From NCBI GenBank assembly GCA_000004985.1, contig GG738888.1: 64,000 nucleotides of DNA. The stretch is one strand, 5' to 3'. The notes under the pieces are model-generated. The model did not search any database and was not told the origin of the DNA. It saw only the letters and a program-made list of their open reading frames with translations. Each line of letters begins with the position of its first letter. The stretch's first letter is position 1. Shown here piece by piece: positions 9,378-20,358 of the stretch. This DNA comes from Naegleria gruberi (taxonomy: Eukaryota). The position numbers and the translations under genes are program-made.

Positions 9378-12300
9378 TTATTGTTTATTTTTCTTTCTTC
9401 TTTCATTGGTGTTGGAAGTTGGTTCAGCAGAGCCAAAGAAGGAGGAAACAGCTGCTCCAATTCCACCAACTACTGTTGAAGAGTTGTTTGTTGCATTGTC
9501 ATTCAGTCTCGATGAATTAATATCATAATTGGTTGAAATTTCCACAAGCTTATCTGAAAGTAATTGAATTTGATGTTCGTAGATAACTTTAGAAGATTGT
9601 AACTCTTCAGATACACTATCCATTTGTTGTTGAATTTGAGAGATTTTCAATTTCAGTTTTTCTTCTTGGTCCTGAGCTTTTTCTAAATCCATAATTGCCT
9701 GTTGGTATTGAATTCTATATTGAACAGTCTTCAAGTCACAAACTTCAATTTGTCTCATCAAGTATTCAATTTGCTTAGTATACTTGGCTTCCAATTCCTT
9801 CTCTCTACTAATTTCTGCATGTGAGAAAATCTCTTTATCATTTGTTGGCTTTCTAATGCTAATGGCTGATGATTTAGTGTAGGTAGAGTTTGGAGTTGAT
9901 GGTTCACTAGTGGTACTACTAATTGGAGATGATTCATCAGTATCCTTGGTTTGAATAATAGATTTTTCAACAGTGGATGACCTTTCTACTTGTTTTGAAA
10001 GTTTTTCATTTAACTCATTAACCTTTCGTATCAATTCCTTGATGGATTGGTTTGTGTAATTTCTATAACTCTCAACAGGATCATTACCAGAAGCACTGTT
10101 ATTGATACTGAGATTCAATTTGGAAACCAAATTCACGGTTTGATTCAATTCTGTTGTCATTCTATCATTGACAAGCTTCAAGTTGTTTTTGTACTCTTCA
10201 TTTTGCTTCTTGAGGTTATTGATAATAATTGATTGTTCCTCCTTTTCTTTTTTCAATATTTCAATTAGAGAGTACAAATCATTCATCTTGACCTTCATGA
10301 CTTCAGCATCTCTCATTGTGAAATCACTACTAGATAGATTGAGTAGATTATTTTTCATATAGTTGGATGATTCATTTCTCAAATGGTTAATACTCTCTTG
10401 GTTATTGTAATAGAAATTAAAGACAGTATTGTTGATAGTATTGTTGTTTCCAGTGAATGAATTATTGACTTGAGTATTTGTAATATTTGTAGATTTGACC
10501 TTTGACGATAGAATAGTTTCATAATCAACAAGAGCACCTCTAGAATAATTATTTGTGAAATCCTTTTCACATTTTTGTAAGCCATTGTGAATAAGTAGGA
10601 GATTATCCAACAATCCTAACATTTGTGAAAGTGATTTGATTAGTTTGTCGTTGATATTTTTGATAAAAGGAGGAACAAAATTCTTTACATTTTCCTTCAA
10701 TAACAAATTGGACAAAATGTCACAATAATCCTTAAATCCGTCCTTAATGCTTTGCAGGACATATTTACATTCTTCTCTAATAGAGAAGTTTCCACTTGAG
10801 GAATTATTACTCTTACTATTTTTAATCTTGGAAATGAAGTCTTGTGCATTTAGTGAATCATTTGGAGGTGAGCCAGCACTAATATTCAGACTGTTAAACA
10901 CCCTCTTGATTTGACTATTGTTTAGATATGTCTCTAACACTTGGTAATCTTCAACATCCAAAATACTCAAATAAAAAGTATTAATAAACGTTTCAAATCG
11001 AGAAAATAGAGTATTTAAATATTTAAGTGCCAGAGTAGCATTGGTATTTCTCATATAAATAAAACCTTCAAATTGAGTAAAATCTTCTTCACTTTCGAGT
11101 TGGCAATCTTCCAATTGTGAGCAAATTGTCAAGTAGAGTAAACATTTACATTTGTAATTGATAATTTCTTTACAGGTCTTAAAAATACAAAAGATGATTT
11201 TCTTGTCCATTGTTTGTGCCTTTTCTTCTTCCTCTTTAGTGAGGTCAAAGCTGACTGTAATCTCATCATTTTTCAAATACTTTAAATAAAGTTCACAATA
11301 TTTGATTAATTTGGCAAATAAATTAGGGAATGTGGAAATATCTATTGTAGTATTCATCCTAGTGTTCAATAATTTGATAATATTTGCCTGTGTATTCGAT
11401 AATTTGTTCAAATGTTGAATTTTTTGTGGAATAAATAAATAGGTGCTACTAGTACATTTTGAAAGGTTTCCTAAAATTGCAATTAAATTTTCAATTAATT
11501 CAATTTCAACTGGGTTACGTTTAAAATTAGAAACATTCAATAAATTAAATTCGTGGTGTCTTGTTTCATCAAATAAAACCTTTCTATTTACATAAGTTTC
11601 AAGATTTGTTATCTCTTCATGTTGTTGATAAGTATAGTTTCTAATGAAACTTTCAGAATCCTTTAAACTCTTCATGTCTGTCTTTAAATTTCTCATCTTA
11701 TCCTTCAAGTGGTCTTTTTCGTTTTGGAATTTCTTTTGATTTTCTTCAATATTAGTTTTCAAAGAGTGAATTGCAGAATCCTTTCCATAAATTGAGTGTT
11801 GTAAATCACTGATCGTATGCTTGAATTTGGCCAAGGTTTTTTCATGTTCCTGTTTTAATTCAAATAAATGAATGTGAATGCTTTCATTCTCTTTAATTTT
11901 AGATTCTAGCTCCTCTTTGATAATTTCTACTTCGGTTTCTTTTTTTGGTTGTTGAGTTTCTGAAGATCCAAATAAGCCAGAAAAAAAGGAAGATTGACGA
12001 GTTGACTTGACCTTGTTTAACTGTTCCTCTAAATCAAACATTAACTGAGCCATTCTCTTCTCCAATCGTTGATTATTAAATTGTAAAATGTCATTCTCTT
12101 CAATTTTTGTTTTTAATTCATTTTCCTTTTTTTCTAATTCTAGTGAAATTTGTTTCCACTTTTGCTCTTCAGTATTTACAACTTTCTTCCATTTAGAATA
12201 CTTTTGTTTATATTTTTGAAATTCCTTTACAAGTTTTTCATACTTGTCCTTTGAGAGTGCAACAATTTGCAAATTATTTCCGGAATTATTGTTTGCACCA

Positions 12301-12455
12301 TTATTACTACTACCAGTACCACTATTACTACTAGATGAAGAATTATTCATACTTGTTGGAATATTGGCCAATGATGTGGGAGATGATGATGGATCCATCG
12401 CCAAATAATTAACAATCGGTGATGATGACTCTGATGAATCTAATGGTGATGACAT
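9378..12455 (-). CDS. Large coiled-coil protein (about 1025 aa), single exon
   Basis: Uninterrupted minus-strand ORF. The first ATG is at 12455 and the ORF-track start at 12548 is a TTG. Heptad-rich sequence with N/S-rich low-complexity stretches. Confidence 0.45.
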   Translation of the reverse strand: MSSPLDSSESSSPIVNYLAMDPSSSPTSLANIPTSMNNSSSSSNSGTGSSNNGANNNSGNNLQIVALSKDKYEKLVKEFQKYKQKYSKWKKVVNTEEQKWKQISLELEKKENELKTKIEENDILQFNNQRLEKRMAQLMFDLEEQLNKVKSTRQSSFFSGLFGSSETQQPKKETEVEIIKEELESKIKENESIHIHLFELKQEHEKTLAKFKHTISDLQHSIYGKDSAIHSLKTNIEENQKKFQNEKDHLKDKMRNLKTDMKSLKDSESFIRNYTYQQHEEITNLETYVNRKVLFDETRHHEFNLLNVSNFKRNPVEIELIENLIAILGNLSKCTSSTYLFIPQKIQHLNKLSNTQANIIKLLNTRMNTTIDISTFPNLFAKLIKYCELYLKYLKNDEITVSFDLTKEEEEKAQTMDKKIIFCIFKTCKEIINYKCKCLLYLTICSQLEDCQLESEEDFTQFEGFIYMRNTNATLALKYLNTLFSRFETFINTFYLSILDVEDYQVLETYLNNSQIKRVFNSLNISAGSPPNDSLNAQDFISKIKNSKSNNSSSGNFSIREECKYVLQSIKDGFKDYCDILSNLLLKENVKNFVPPFIKNINDKLIKSLSQMLGLLDNLLLIHNGLQKCEKDFTNNYSRGALVDYETILSSKVKSTNITNTQVNNSFTGNNNTINNTVFNFYYNNQESINHLRNESSNYMKNNLLNLSSSDFTMRDAEVMKVKMNDLYSLIEILKKEKEEQSIIINNLKKQNEEYKNNLKLVNDRMTTELNQTVNLVSKLNLSINNSASGNDPVESYRNYTNQSIKELIRKVNELNEKLSKQVERSSTVEKSIIQTKDTDESSPISSTTSEPSTPNSTYTKSSAISIRKPTNDKEIFSHAEISREKELEAKYTKQIEYLMRQIEVCDLKTVQYRIQYQQAIMDLEKAQDQEEKLKLKISQIQQQMDSVSEELQSSKVIYEHQIQLLSDKLVEISTNYDINSSRLNDNATNNSSTVVGGIGAAVSSFFGSAEPTSNTNERRKKNKQ

Positions 12456-12947
12456 CACGACCGAAATGTCTTGCTTGCAGGAGTATAGGATTGCAATCAA
12501 GATATTTTTTAATTTAGCTAACCAAATAATCACGTATTCTAATGGCAAGTAGAAGAAGAGAATTATATTGATATGGAAAGGTTATTAAAATATGTTAATA
12601 ACAATAACAAAATAATTCATGATCGTAATATTCAAAAATTGAATTGATCAATGGAATGGCAGAAAAAATAGTCCATAGTACTCTTTTACATCACATTACC
12701 TCCAATTAATTTTAATAAATAATTAATAAACCACTTCAATGAGATCAAAATTAATTTTATTATTCATCATCAACTATCTATCAATGGTAAATCTTCCTCC
12801 ATACAACAACAAGTCCTCACCAACTTCACAGCCAATAATATTTTTAGCTTTAAATTGGTGGTTGTAAAATTAACGATAATTAAATTCAAAAAAAAATACT
12901 TAAAAACAAAATCCTACACAAACAACAAGAAATACTCTGCGATCACA

Positions 12948-15839
12948 ATGTCTGACAACGAATCCGACTATGAAGAAGAAAATTACGACGAGGAAGAGGA
13001 GGAAGAAGAAGAAGATAACTATGAACCTGCTCAAAAAAAATCTAAATCATCAAAAAGCATGTTTATTGATGACGCTGCTCAGGAAGATGATGAAGACGAA
13101 GAAGAAGAGGGTGAAGAAGACTTTCACCAACAATATAGAAAGACATCGGTTTCCGATCTTCCACAACCATCTGCACAAAGAAAAAACATTATGGCTGATA
13201 TCGAAAGAAGATATGCAGGTGCTGATGACGAGGATGAGGATGATGAAGTATATAACGATACTGTAAGAATTGCTCAAAAACAACAACCAAATCTTCCAAC
13301 ACCTGAGGATCCAAAATTATTTTTAGTTAAATGTAAACAAGGAAAGGAAAAGGAAGCTGTCATGACATTATTACAAAAACACTTCAGTGTGAAACATTCA
13401 CCAAACAAAAAAGATCGTCTTCTAATTACATCAGCTTTGTTTATTGAAGGTTTCAAAGGAAAGATCTATATTGAAGCTCAAAAAGAAGTTCACGTAAGAC
13501 ATGCTATTGAAGGACTTAGTCATTTGATTTATGAAAGTGGAATTAAACTTGTACCATTGAAGGAAATGCCTGATGTCTTGAATGTGAACCAACTCTCAAC
13601 AAAAATTCAAGATATTTCTGTTGGAAAATGGGTGAGAGTTAAAAGAGGTACATACAAAGGAGATATCGGAAAAGTCCATGATGTGGATAAAGCTAGAGGA
13701 TATTGTGTAGTTGTACTTGTACCAAGAATTGATTATACTGGACAAAGTTCTGGTAAACGTCCACCACAAAGACTCTTTAATAAGGAACTTCTTCCACAAA
13801 CTGAACAAGAAAAAGTTGAAGATGCAAAGGATCAAATTACTTATAGTGTTTATCAAGGAAACAAATTCCATGACGGTTACGTATATAAGCACATTCACTT
13901 AAAGTCTTTGGAAACAAAGGATATCATACCAACTAATAGTGAACTTCAAATTTATTATCAAAATGAAAGTCCAAGTACTGCTATTTCGTTATCAAGAAAA
14001 ACATATTTCAAGAGAGGTGATAATGTACGTGTTATCAAGGGTGAATTGAGAGGAATGGTTGGTCAAATTACAAATATTGATGAAGAATCTCAAGTAATTA
14101 CAATGCTTCCAAAGAGTAATGATATTAACACACCACTTCAATTTACAAGCAATCAACTTCAAAAACACTTTTCTGTAGGTCAATTCTGTAGAGTTGTAGG
14201 TACTGGTAAATGGGAAGGAGAATCTGGTTACATTGTCAGAGTTAGTGAAGATGATGATAGTATTGTCTTGTATAACGAAGTAAGAAGATGTGACATGAAT
14301 GTGTACTCGAATGAAATCCAAGAAACAACTACTGTTGCCTCAGAGAACAAACTTGGTAACTATTCATTATTCGACATGGTTCGTCTTGATTCACAAACTA
14401 TGGGTGTTATTGTAAAATTTGATTCTAATAAGAACACATCTGATGCTCAAGTTCAAGTTGTAGATAATAATGATGTACTAAGACAAGTTAAATTACAAGA
14501 ACTAGGAAGAAAGCAAAATACTAAAGCTGGATACAAAGCTCCTGATAAGAGTAAGCATCTCGTTGGTATTAGTGATACAGTTAAAGTCATTGATCCAACA
14601 TCTGTACATTTTGGAAGAGAAGGCGTTGTTAAGCAAGTTTTTAGAAAATTCCTTTTCTGTTGTTCTATTGATTTAATTCAAAATGCTGGTATTTTTGCAG
14701 TCCCAGCATCTCATTGTGAATTGAGAGGAGCAAGAAACAGACAAATACTGAACTCTCAAACATCTGGTGCTGCTGGTAATACTACAAATAAGAGAGGGTT
14801 CGTATTTACAAAGAGAAGAAGAAACCATCCATTCACAAACAAGACAGCTATTATCACTAAAGGTCCATACAAAGGATACTTGGGTATTGTTAAGGATGCC
14901 ACTGATACCACTGCTCGTATTGAACTTCACTCTCAGAATAAGATTATTAACGTTGATATTTCTTGGATTTCTTTGCAAGACGAAAAGGAAAAGAGAAAGG
15001 ATACTTATCAAACAGTTTCTACACCTTATCACAATTCTGGGGCTGCTACACCATTCATGCCACCTTCAACTCCTTGGGACAATAGAGATTCATCCAAAAC
15101 TCCAATCCATACATCCCTTGGTCATGAAACTCCAATCCATCGTCCAGAAACACCATCCCGTAGTGGTGATGCTTGGAATCCTCGTAAACCAAATACTCCA
15201 ATGCACGATTGGCAAGAAACAACAACTCCAGGAGGTGTACCATCCACTCCACATGATAATTATACAGTCAATACTCCAGGTATTGGCATGAATCCAATCA
15301 CTCCAGCTTACACTCCTGGTGTAGGTGCTCCAATCACTCCTGGAATTACCACTCCAAATACTCCACATGGAGACAACTCATACTCATACCACCCAATTAC
15401 ACCTGGTATTCAAACTCCAAATCCAGTTACACCTCACGAATCTTACAATTCAATTTCAACTCCAGGAGGTGTATTCCAAACTCCAAATCCTGACATGTAT
15501 GGTTATGGTTCAGTTGTTACACCTGGAATGGGACATTCAGTTTCCACACCTTATGGTACACCTGGTATGATGCATCACCCAACTACTCCAGGAATGATGC
15601 ACCATCCAACTACTCCTGGCTTTATTGGTTATCCTGGTATGCACCCAATGACACCTGGTCTTATGAATCCAACTACTCCAGGTATGCATCCAATGACTCC
15701 AGGTATGATGAATCCTACAACACCTGGAATGCATCCAATGACCCCTGGAATGATGCACCCATCCACTCCAGGTATGCATCCAATGACACCAGGTTCAAAT
15801 CCAATTACTCCAGGAAATCATTATGACGATGACGAGTAA
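12948..15839 (+). CDS. SUPT5H: Transcription elongation factor SPT5, single exon
   Basis: Acidic N-terminus, an NGN domain ([21 protein letters not shown]) and multiple KOW motifs ([60 protein letters not shown]). The C-terminal repeat region is P/T-rich, with about 12 Met-rich repeats of TPGM(H/M)P(M/T). The first ATG is at 12948. Confidence 0.9.
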   Translation: MSDNESDYEEENYDEEEEEEEEDNYEPAQKKSKSSKSMFIDDAAQEDDEDEEEEGEEDFHQQYRKTSVSDLPQPSAQRKNIMADIERRYAGADDEDEDDEVYNDTVRIAQKQQPNLPTPEDPKLFLVKCKQGKEKEAVMTLLQKHFSVKHSPNKKDRLLITSALFIEGFKGKIYIEAQKEVHVRHAIEGLSHLIYESGIKLVPLKEMPDVLNVNQLSTKIQDISVGKWVRVKRGTYKGDIGKVHDVDKARGYCVVVLVPRIDYTGQSSGKRPPQRLFNKELLPQTEQEKVEDAKDQITYSVYQGNKFHDGYVYKHIHLKSLETKDIIPTNSELQIYYQNESPSTAISLSRKTYFKRGDNVRVIKGELRGMVGQITNIDEESQVITMLPKSNDINTPLQFTSNQLQKHFSVGQFCRVVGTGKWEGESGYIVRVSEDDDSIVLYNEVRRCDMNVYSNEIQETTTVASENKLGNYSLFDMVRLDSQTMGVIVKFDSNKNTSDAQVQVVDNNDVLRQVKLQELGRKQNTKAGYKAPDKSKHLVGISDTVKVIDPTSVHFGREGVVKQVFRKFLFCCSIDLIQNAGIFAVPASHCELRGARNRQILNSQTSGAAGNTTNKRGFVFTKRRRNHPFTNKTAIITKGPYKGYLGIVKDATDTTARIELHSQNKIINVDISWISLQDEKEKRKDTYQTVSTPYHNSGAATPFMPPSTPWDNRDSSKTPIHTSLGHETPIHRPETPSRSGDAWNPRKPNTPMHDWQETTTPGGVPSTPHDNYTVNTPGIGMNPITPAYTPGVGAPITPGITTPNTPHGDNSYSYHPITPGIQTPNPVTPHESYNSISTPGGVFQTPNPDMYGYGSVVTPGMGHSVSTPYGTPGMMHHPTTPGMMHHPTTPGFIGYPGMHPMTPGLMNPTTPGMHPMTPGMMNPTTPGMHPMTPGMMHPSTPGMHPMTPGSNPITPGNHYDDDE

Positions 15840-15892
15840 ACTCTCCAATTTTATTGTTCAATAACTAAGATAATCTAGAATAAATCTTTAAA

Positions 15893-16312
15893 TTAATCAT
15901 CTAATAATAAGGCAGCTTCCAAAGTGTCATATTCTATAAGAATTTCATCATCGTCCAGTTCAATATTGTTTGCTAATTTCTCATTCGTTTCCTTAATTTG
16001 GTTTGCAATTGTTCGTGTAAAAATAAAATCTTCATCTGTAAGATCTGAAATGAATGGCTTCTTTCTTTTCATTAATTCCAATTCATTTTCCACAGTTTCA
16101 TTTGATTTGGTTAATTCTTTTGATTTTTCATCCTCATCACAATCTTTAGACATTTCAAATAAATTTCTTTTATAATCCCTCTTCTCTAAATTCCAACAAT
16201 AATTGGTAGGTTTAGAATTTTGATCACTACTATTGGAAATTATCATTCTTTTAAATATTGTTTCCGAATGATTGATCGAGGCATCCTTTACATTTTGATT
16301 TTTCTTCATCAT
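15893..16312 (-). CDS. Hypothetical protein (about 139 aa)
   Basis: Intact ORF. The ATG is at 16312. No recognisable domain. Confidence 0.3.
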   Translation of the reverse strand: MMKKNQNVKDASINHSETIFKRMIISNSSDQNSKPTNYCWNLEKRDYKRNLFEMSKDCDEDEKSKELTKSNETVENELELMKRKKPFISDLTDEDFIFTRTIANQIKETNEKLANNIELDDDEILIEYDTLEAALLLDD

Positions 16313-16394
16313 CAACTATGAAATTGCATTCAAAAAAGCCTTTTTATTTCATCTAGCTTTTAAATTTGTTTTTTTGAATTTTTAAAATTAAAAA

Positions 16395-17081
16395 ATGTTG
16401 CGACATAACAATAAGCGAAAGAAGAGAGTATTTATTGACTATTCAAAACGTAAAAAACAAAGATATTTCCTATTGGAATTTATACCCCTTTCTACATATC
16501 ATGATCCACAAGCTCTTGCTCGGAAACAAAAAAATAACGAATTTGAAAAATCATTTATTGGAAATATTACTCCCGATAGAGTTTTAAAACAAATACAAAT
16601 TTTAATTGAGGAATGGTTTGGATTGTATTCACTTGCTCATGCAATGTTTTCTAGGTTTTATCATAAATTTATTTATTTCAATGAAAAGACAGGCTTGGCT
16701 ATTTTGGCTTGTCCACAAAAATTATTTTCCATCATGACAACAGTACTCTCCCTGATGAAAATTTCAACAAACAATGAAGTATATATTTTGAGAACAATGG
16801 CAACAAGTGGATCGATTAAGAAATGTAAGAGAGCTGCTGCTCAATATCAATTAAAGTGGATAAACGAAAAAGGTCAACTTGTTAGTGATATTAAATCATT
16901 CGAAAATATGACACCAATTTCTTTCACTTATAATGAAATGGCAGACGATGAAGAAATAGGACCAAGCTCATCAACATTGGAAAATGAAATGGATGATGAT
17001 GATAATAGAAATAGATTTTTCACTCTCTCATCTACAGAAGCTATTTCAGAATTTATTCAATTATACACAAAGAATAAATAA
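16395..17081 (+). CDS. POP5: RNase P/MRP protein subunit POP5 (Rpp14/Pop5 family)
   Basis: RYFLLEFIP...GLAILACPQKLFSIMTTVLSLMKI...TSGSIKKCKRAAAQYQLKWI parallels human POP5 (RYLLCEL...GIVLLRCRKEFYQLVWSALPFIT...GGTIRTCQKFLIQYNRRQL), with an acidic C-terminal tail. Confidence 0.6.
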   Translation: MLRHNNKRKKRVFIDYSKRKKQRYFLLEFIPLSTYHDPQALARKQKNNEFEKSFIGNITPDRVLKQIQILIEEWFGLYSLAHAMFSRFYHKFIYFNEKTGLAILACPQKLFSIMTTVLSLMKISTNNEVYILRTMATSGSIKKCKRAAAQYQLKWINEKGQLVSDIKSFENMTPISFTYNEMADDEEIGPSSSTLENEMDDDDNRNRFFTLSSTEAISEFIQLYTKNK

Positions 17082-17084
17082 TTA

Positions 17085-18398
17085 TTACATTACACAAAAA
17101 AGAGCAGTTCCACCTTTTTCAAATTTTGAAGAGGAAGGCACACCACTGATTGCTGTTCTGCATACAGGACATTGAGTAGCAGTCTGATTTCCAGAGCTAG
17201 CCCATTCAGTGATGCATTGTTCACAGTAAATGTGGTTACAACCCAATTTAACAGGTCTATTAAATGGCTGCAAACAAATACTACATTCAGCTTCGCCCAA
17301 CTCGGTCAATTCAGAAGCTGAAACTGGCCTTCCAAATGGGCAGGTAGGTGAAAAGAGATTCTTACAAGTAATGATCAAGTCAAACACCAATGAGATGGCT
17401 CCTCCAACCTTGAATATTCCATAAATTACAAGAACAATGATTGCAAATATTTGATTATATGAGCCTAATAAATATCTAACCCAAATATTAGGAGGAAGGG
17501 AAATTCTATACAATTGTGTGAATACCTCTACTATGGCCAAAATTCTTCCAACTTGAATTGGCTTTACAAATGAAGGTAATATCACCACTATTAAATGCTT
17601 TAAAAGCATGCCAGTAAATTTTACAATAGTATCTACAACAAAAACAAAGAATAAACAATCAAGAAAGGTAACTAAAACGTCCTTTTCATCAATAATAGTT
17701 GTTGAATATGCCATAAAATTCCAAATTTGATATTGAGAGAAGAATAAAAACATCACTCCAATTGATACTGCAAGAATAAAGCCATTCAATAAAAGAATGA
17801 AAATTTTTCTTGCAGTTTTCAAGCTCACTTGTTCCTTGAGTTTGACATCTGAGCTAATGGTTGTAATAATAACCCAAATTGAGATCAACACGCCAGTATA
17901 GTGCCAATACATTAACAAGGCAAGTGGTAACACAACCAGTGGCAGAATTCTAAACGCGAAAAATGCCAAATCTCTAAAATTGATCTCCAGTCTTCTTCCA
18001 GTAGTTGGTTGAGTATTTGTATTGTTATTTTGAGTTGCATCTCCTCCTTGATTATTACTATTATTTTGATTGGTTTGATTGTTTTGAAATTGTGCTAATA
18101 AACTTGACAAATTTTGTCCACCCAAACTCTGCATTAAAAAATCATTTCTAGAAACATTTAAATTCTGATTATTATTATTAGTGGTCAACACATTCGGCTG
18201 TACAGGATTGTCATCATCCACAACTCGATTATTTAAAGAATCGTTTCCTAATAATGAAGAATGATGCTCATCACCACCATCTGTTGAAGAAGATAAAACA
18301 GGATCGTGATGGTGAGTCATATCATCACCAAGTGCTCCATTCACCGAACGATTTTCCTGCAATTCGTGATTGTTAGCCTCATCATGATGACTACTCAT
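17085..18398 (-). CDS. Multi-pass membrane protein with C-terminal C3HC4 RING finger (E3 ubiquitin-ligase-like)
   Basis: 437-aa ORF with several TM helices, followed by CSICLQPFNRPVKLGCNHIYCEQCITEW...CPVCR. The N-terminal region is H/N/Q-rich. Confidence 0.6.
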   Translation of the reverse strand: MSSHHDEANNHELQENRSVNGALGDDMTHHHDPVLSSSTDGGDEHHSSLLGNDSLNNRVVDDDNPVQPNVLTTNNNNQNLNVSRNDFLMQSLGGQNLSSLLAQFQNNQTNQNNSNNQGGDATQNNNTNTQPTTGRRLEINFRDLAFFAFRILPLVVLPLALLMYWHYTGVLISIWVIITTISSDVKLKEQVSLKTARKIFILLLNGFILAVSIGVMFLFFSQYQIWNFMAYSTTIIDEKDVLVTFLDCLFFVFVVDTIVKFTGMLLKHLIVVILPSFVKPIQVGRILAIVEVFTQLYRISLPPNIWVRYLLGSYNQIFAIIVLVIYGIFKVGGAISLVFDLIITCKNLFSPTCPFGRPVSASELTELGEAECSICLQPFNRPVKLGCNHIYCEQCITEWASSGNQTATQCPVCRTAISGVPSSSKFEKGGTALFCVM

Positions 18399-18434
18399 TT
18401 TTTTAAATCGTGGTTTGATATTGCATTAATTTAA

Positions 18435-18604
18435 TCACGACATAGGTTGTAAAATATTATATGGAAATGGTAATTTAGTATCATCTTTCTTATTTAATTT
18501 TCTCAATTCTTCATTTGCTTGATCCATACAGTCATTTGCTTGTTCAATATTATTTTCAAACATGTTCATTAATTCACCTTGTTCTTCTACTTTGGATTCA
18601 AAGG
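18435..18604 (-). other. Orphan SNARE-motif coding exon (Q-SNARE heptad layer) ending at a TGA; the upstream exons and start were not found
   Basis: Minus-strand frame encodes ...AFESKVEEQGELMNMFENNIEQANDCMDQANEELRKLNKKDDTKLPFPYNILQPMS*. This resembles the syntaxin C-terminal SNARE motif ([35 protein letters not shown]). It is preceded by an acceptor-like CAACAG, has no ATG-initiated ORF of 60 aa or more, and no TM follows. Confidence 0.3.
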
Positions 18605-18912
18605 CTGTTGAGTAAACTCAGTACTTTTGTAAGATTGGTTAGTTTTCCATTTGAAGAATAATATAAAACCCATCAAGCTTTAAACAAAATCGCCGAAAGG
18701 AATAACCAAAGCCACTACATGGACCAATTTTCAAGCAGTAGATGCATTGGAGGGATATCAGCACAGATTTAAATTCTCCCATTCTGTTTTATAATCGGGA
18801 TTTGATGTTTTCTCTCTCAACAATGTTTTAATGATTCTTTTCTTTGGTGCTGCTAAATCATCAAATAATTTTCGAAACGGTTTTTTTAAAATTTATAATA
18901 AAACACAAAAAA

Positions 18913-20244
18913 ATGTTCAAGAGAGCCTCATCATCACTCCTCCGTTCTGCCTTCACTACCCAACAACAAAGATTCTTCTCTACTCAAAGCAGCCTTTTGC
19001 AACAAAAGATTACTGCTACCTTGTTCCCTGGACACGGTATTGGTAGGTTTACTTTTAGTTTCTAGTTGTATATACATTGTTTTTGTATTATTTGATGTTT
19101 GTGATGGTATTAATATTATAATATTGACAAAACTTGTTCCGTAAATGGATATAATATTGAATCCAAATTAATATTTACTACTATTCAACATATCTATGAA
19201 CATTCAAAATTGACGAACCTTCATCAATCAATTTATTTCAGGTCCTGAAATTTCTGCTGCTGTTGTTAAGATTCTTGATGCCGCTGGTGCTAATATTTCA
19301 TGGGAAACCCACGATATTGGTGTCCCACAACCTGGAAGTGTTGACTTGATTTCTCCAGAAGCTCTTGCCAGTGTCAGAAAGAACAAGGTTGGTTTGAAGG
19401 GTCCTTTGGCTACACCAATTGGTAAAGGATACAGATCTTTGAATATTACTTTGAGACAAGCTTTGGAACTCTATGCCAACGTTAGACCAGCTGTCAGTAT
19501 TCCAGCTATTAAGACTGGTTATCCACACGTTGATGTTGTCGTTGTCAGAGAAAACACTGAAGGTGAATACTCTGGTTTGGAACACGAAGTTGTCCCAGGT
19601 GTTGTTGAATCATTGAAGGTCATTACTCAAAAGTCATCTATGCGTATTGCTGAATATGCTTTCAGATATGCTTCTGAAAACTCTAGAAAGAAGGTCACTG
19701 CTGTCCACAAGGCCAACATGTAAGTTTTTTTTGTTTAACCTTAATTGTAAACTAACTTTAATTTAGCATGAAGATGAGTGATGGTCTCTTCTTGGAATGT
19801 TGCAGAGAAGTTGCTAAGAAATACCCAAATATTAAATACGAAGAAGTCATTGTCGATGCTTGTTGCATGAAGCTCGTTCGTTATCCACAAGAATTCGACG
19901 TCTGTGTCACACCAAACTTGTATGGTGATATTTTGTCTGATTTGTGTGCTGGTTTGATTGGTGGTTTGGGTTTGACACCTTCAGGTAACTTTGGTGAACA
20001 TGCTTCAGTTTTCGAAGCTGTCCACGGTACTGCCCCTGATATTGCTGGTCAAGATAAGGCCAACCCAACTGCTCTCTTGTTGAGTGCTTTGATGATGTTG
20101 AGACACTTGCAAATGCATGACACTGCTGCTCGTATTGAAAAGTCTGTCATGAAGGTTCTTACTGAAGGTAAGGTTTTGACTGGTGACTTGGGTGGCAAGT
20201 CTACTTGTTCTGAATATACCAACGAAATTATTAAGAATCTTTAA
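18913..20244 (+). CDS. IDH3A: NAD+-dependent isocitrate dehydrogenase subunit (IDH3 alpha-like), mitochondrial, 3 exons
   Basis: Exons are 18913..19042, 19242..19719 and 19767..20244. Introns are GTAGGT...TTTCAG (199 nt) and GTAAGT...TTTAG (47 nt). The spliced protein ...[22 protein letters not shown]...[29 protein letters not shown]...[62 protein letters not shown] is near-collinear with human IDH3A. Confidence 0.9.
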
Positions 20245-20358
20245 ATATTAAAACTAATATAATTAATTTATGTAAAAACATTTTTGCAATTATTATTATC
20301 TTACTCTGTAATTACAACAGAGAATAATTATCTCAATTCTTTTAACACAAATTAAAAA

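Noticed and set aside
14638-14700. In-frame 63-nt GT...TTTTTGCAG segment inside SPT5 that looks like an intron
   Set aside because: Its translation ([21 protein letters not shown]) aligns with the conserved KOW4 linker of SPT5 (LFRSFCVHSRMVTDNGGMFV), so it is coding, not intronic.
14673-15779. Several 65-174-aa ORFs on both strands inside the SPT5 gene
   Set aside because: They are alternate-frame and antisense readings of the repetitive CTR region. SPT5 occupies the only conserved frame.
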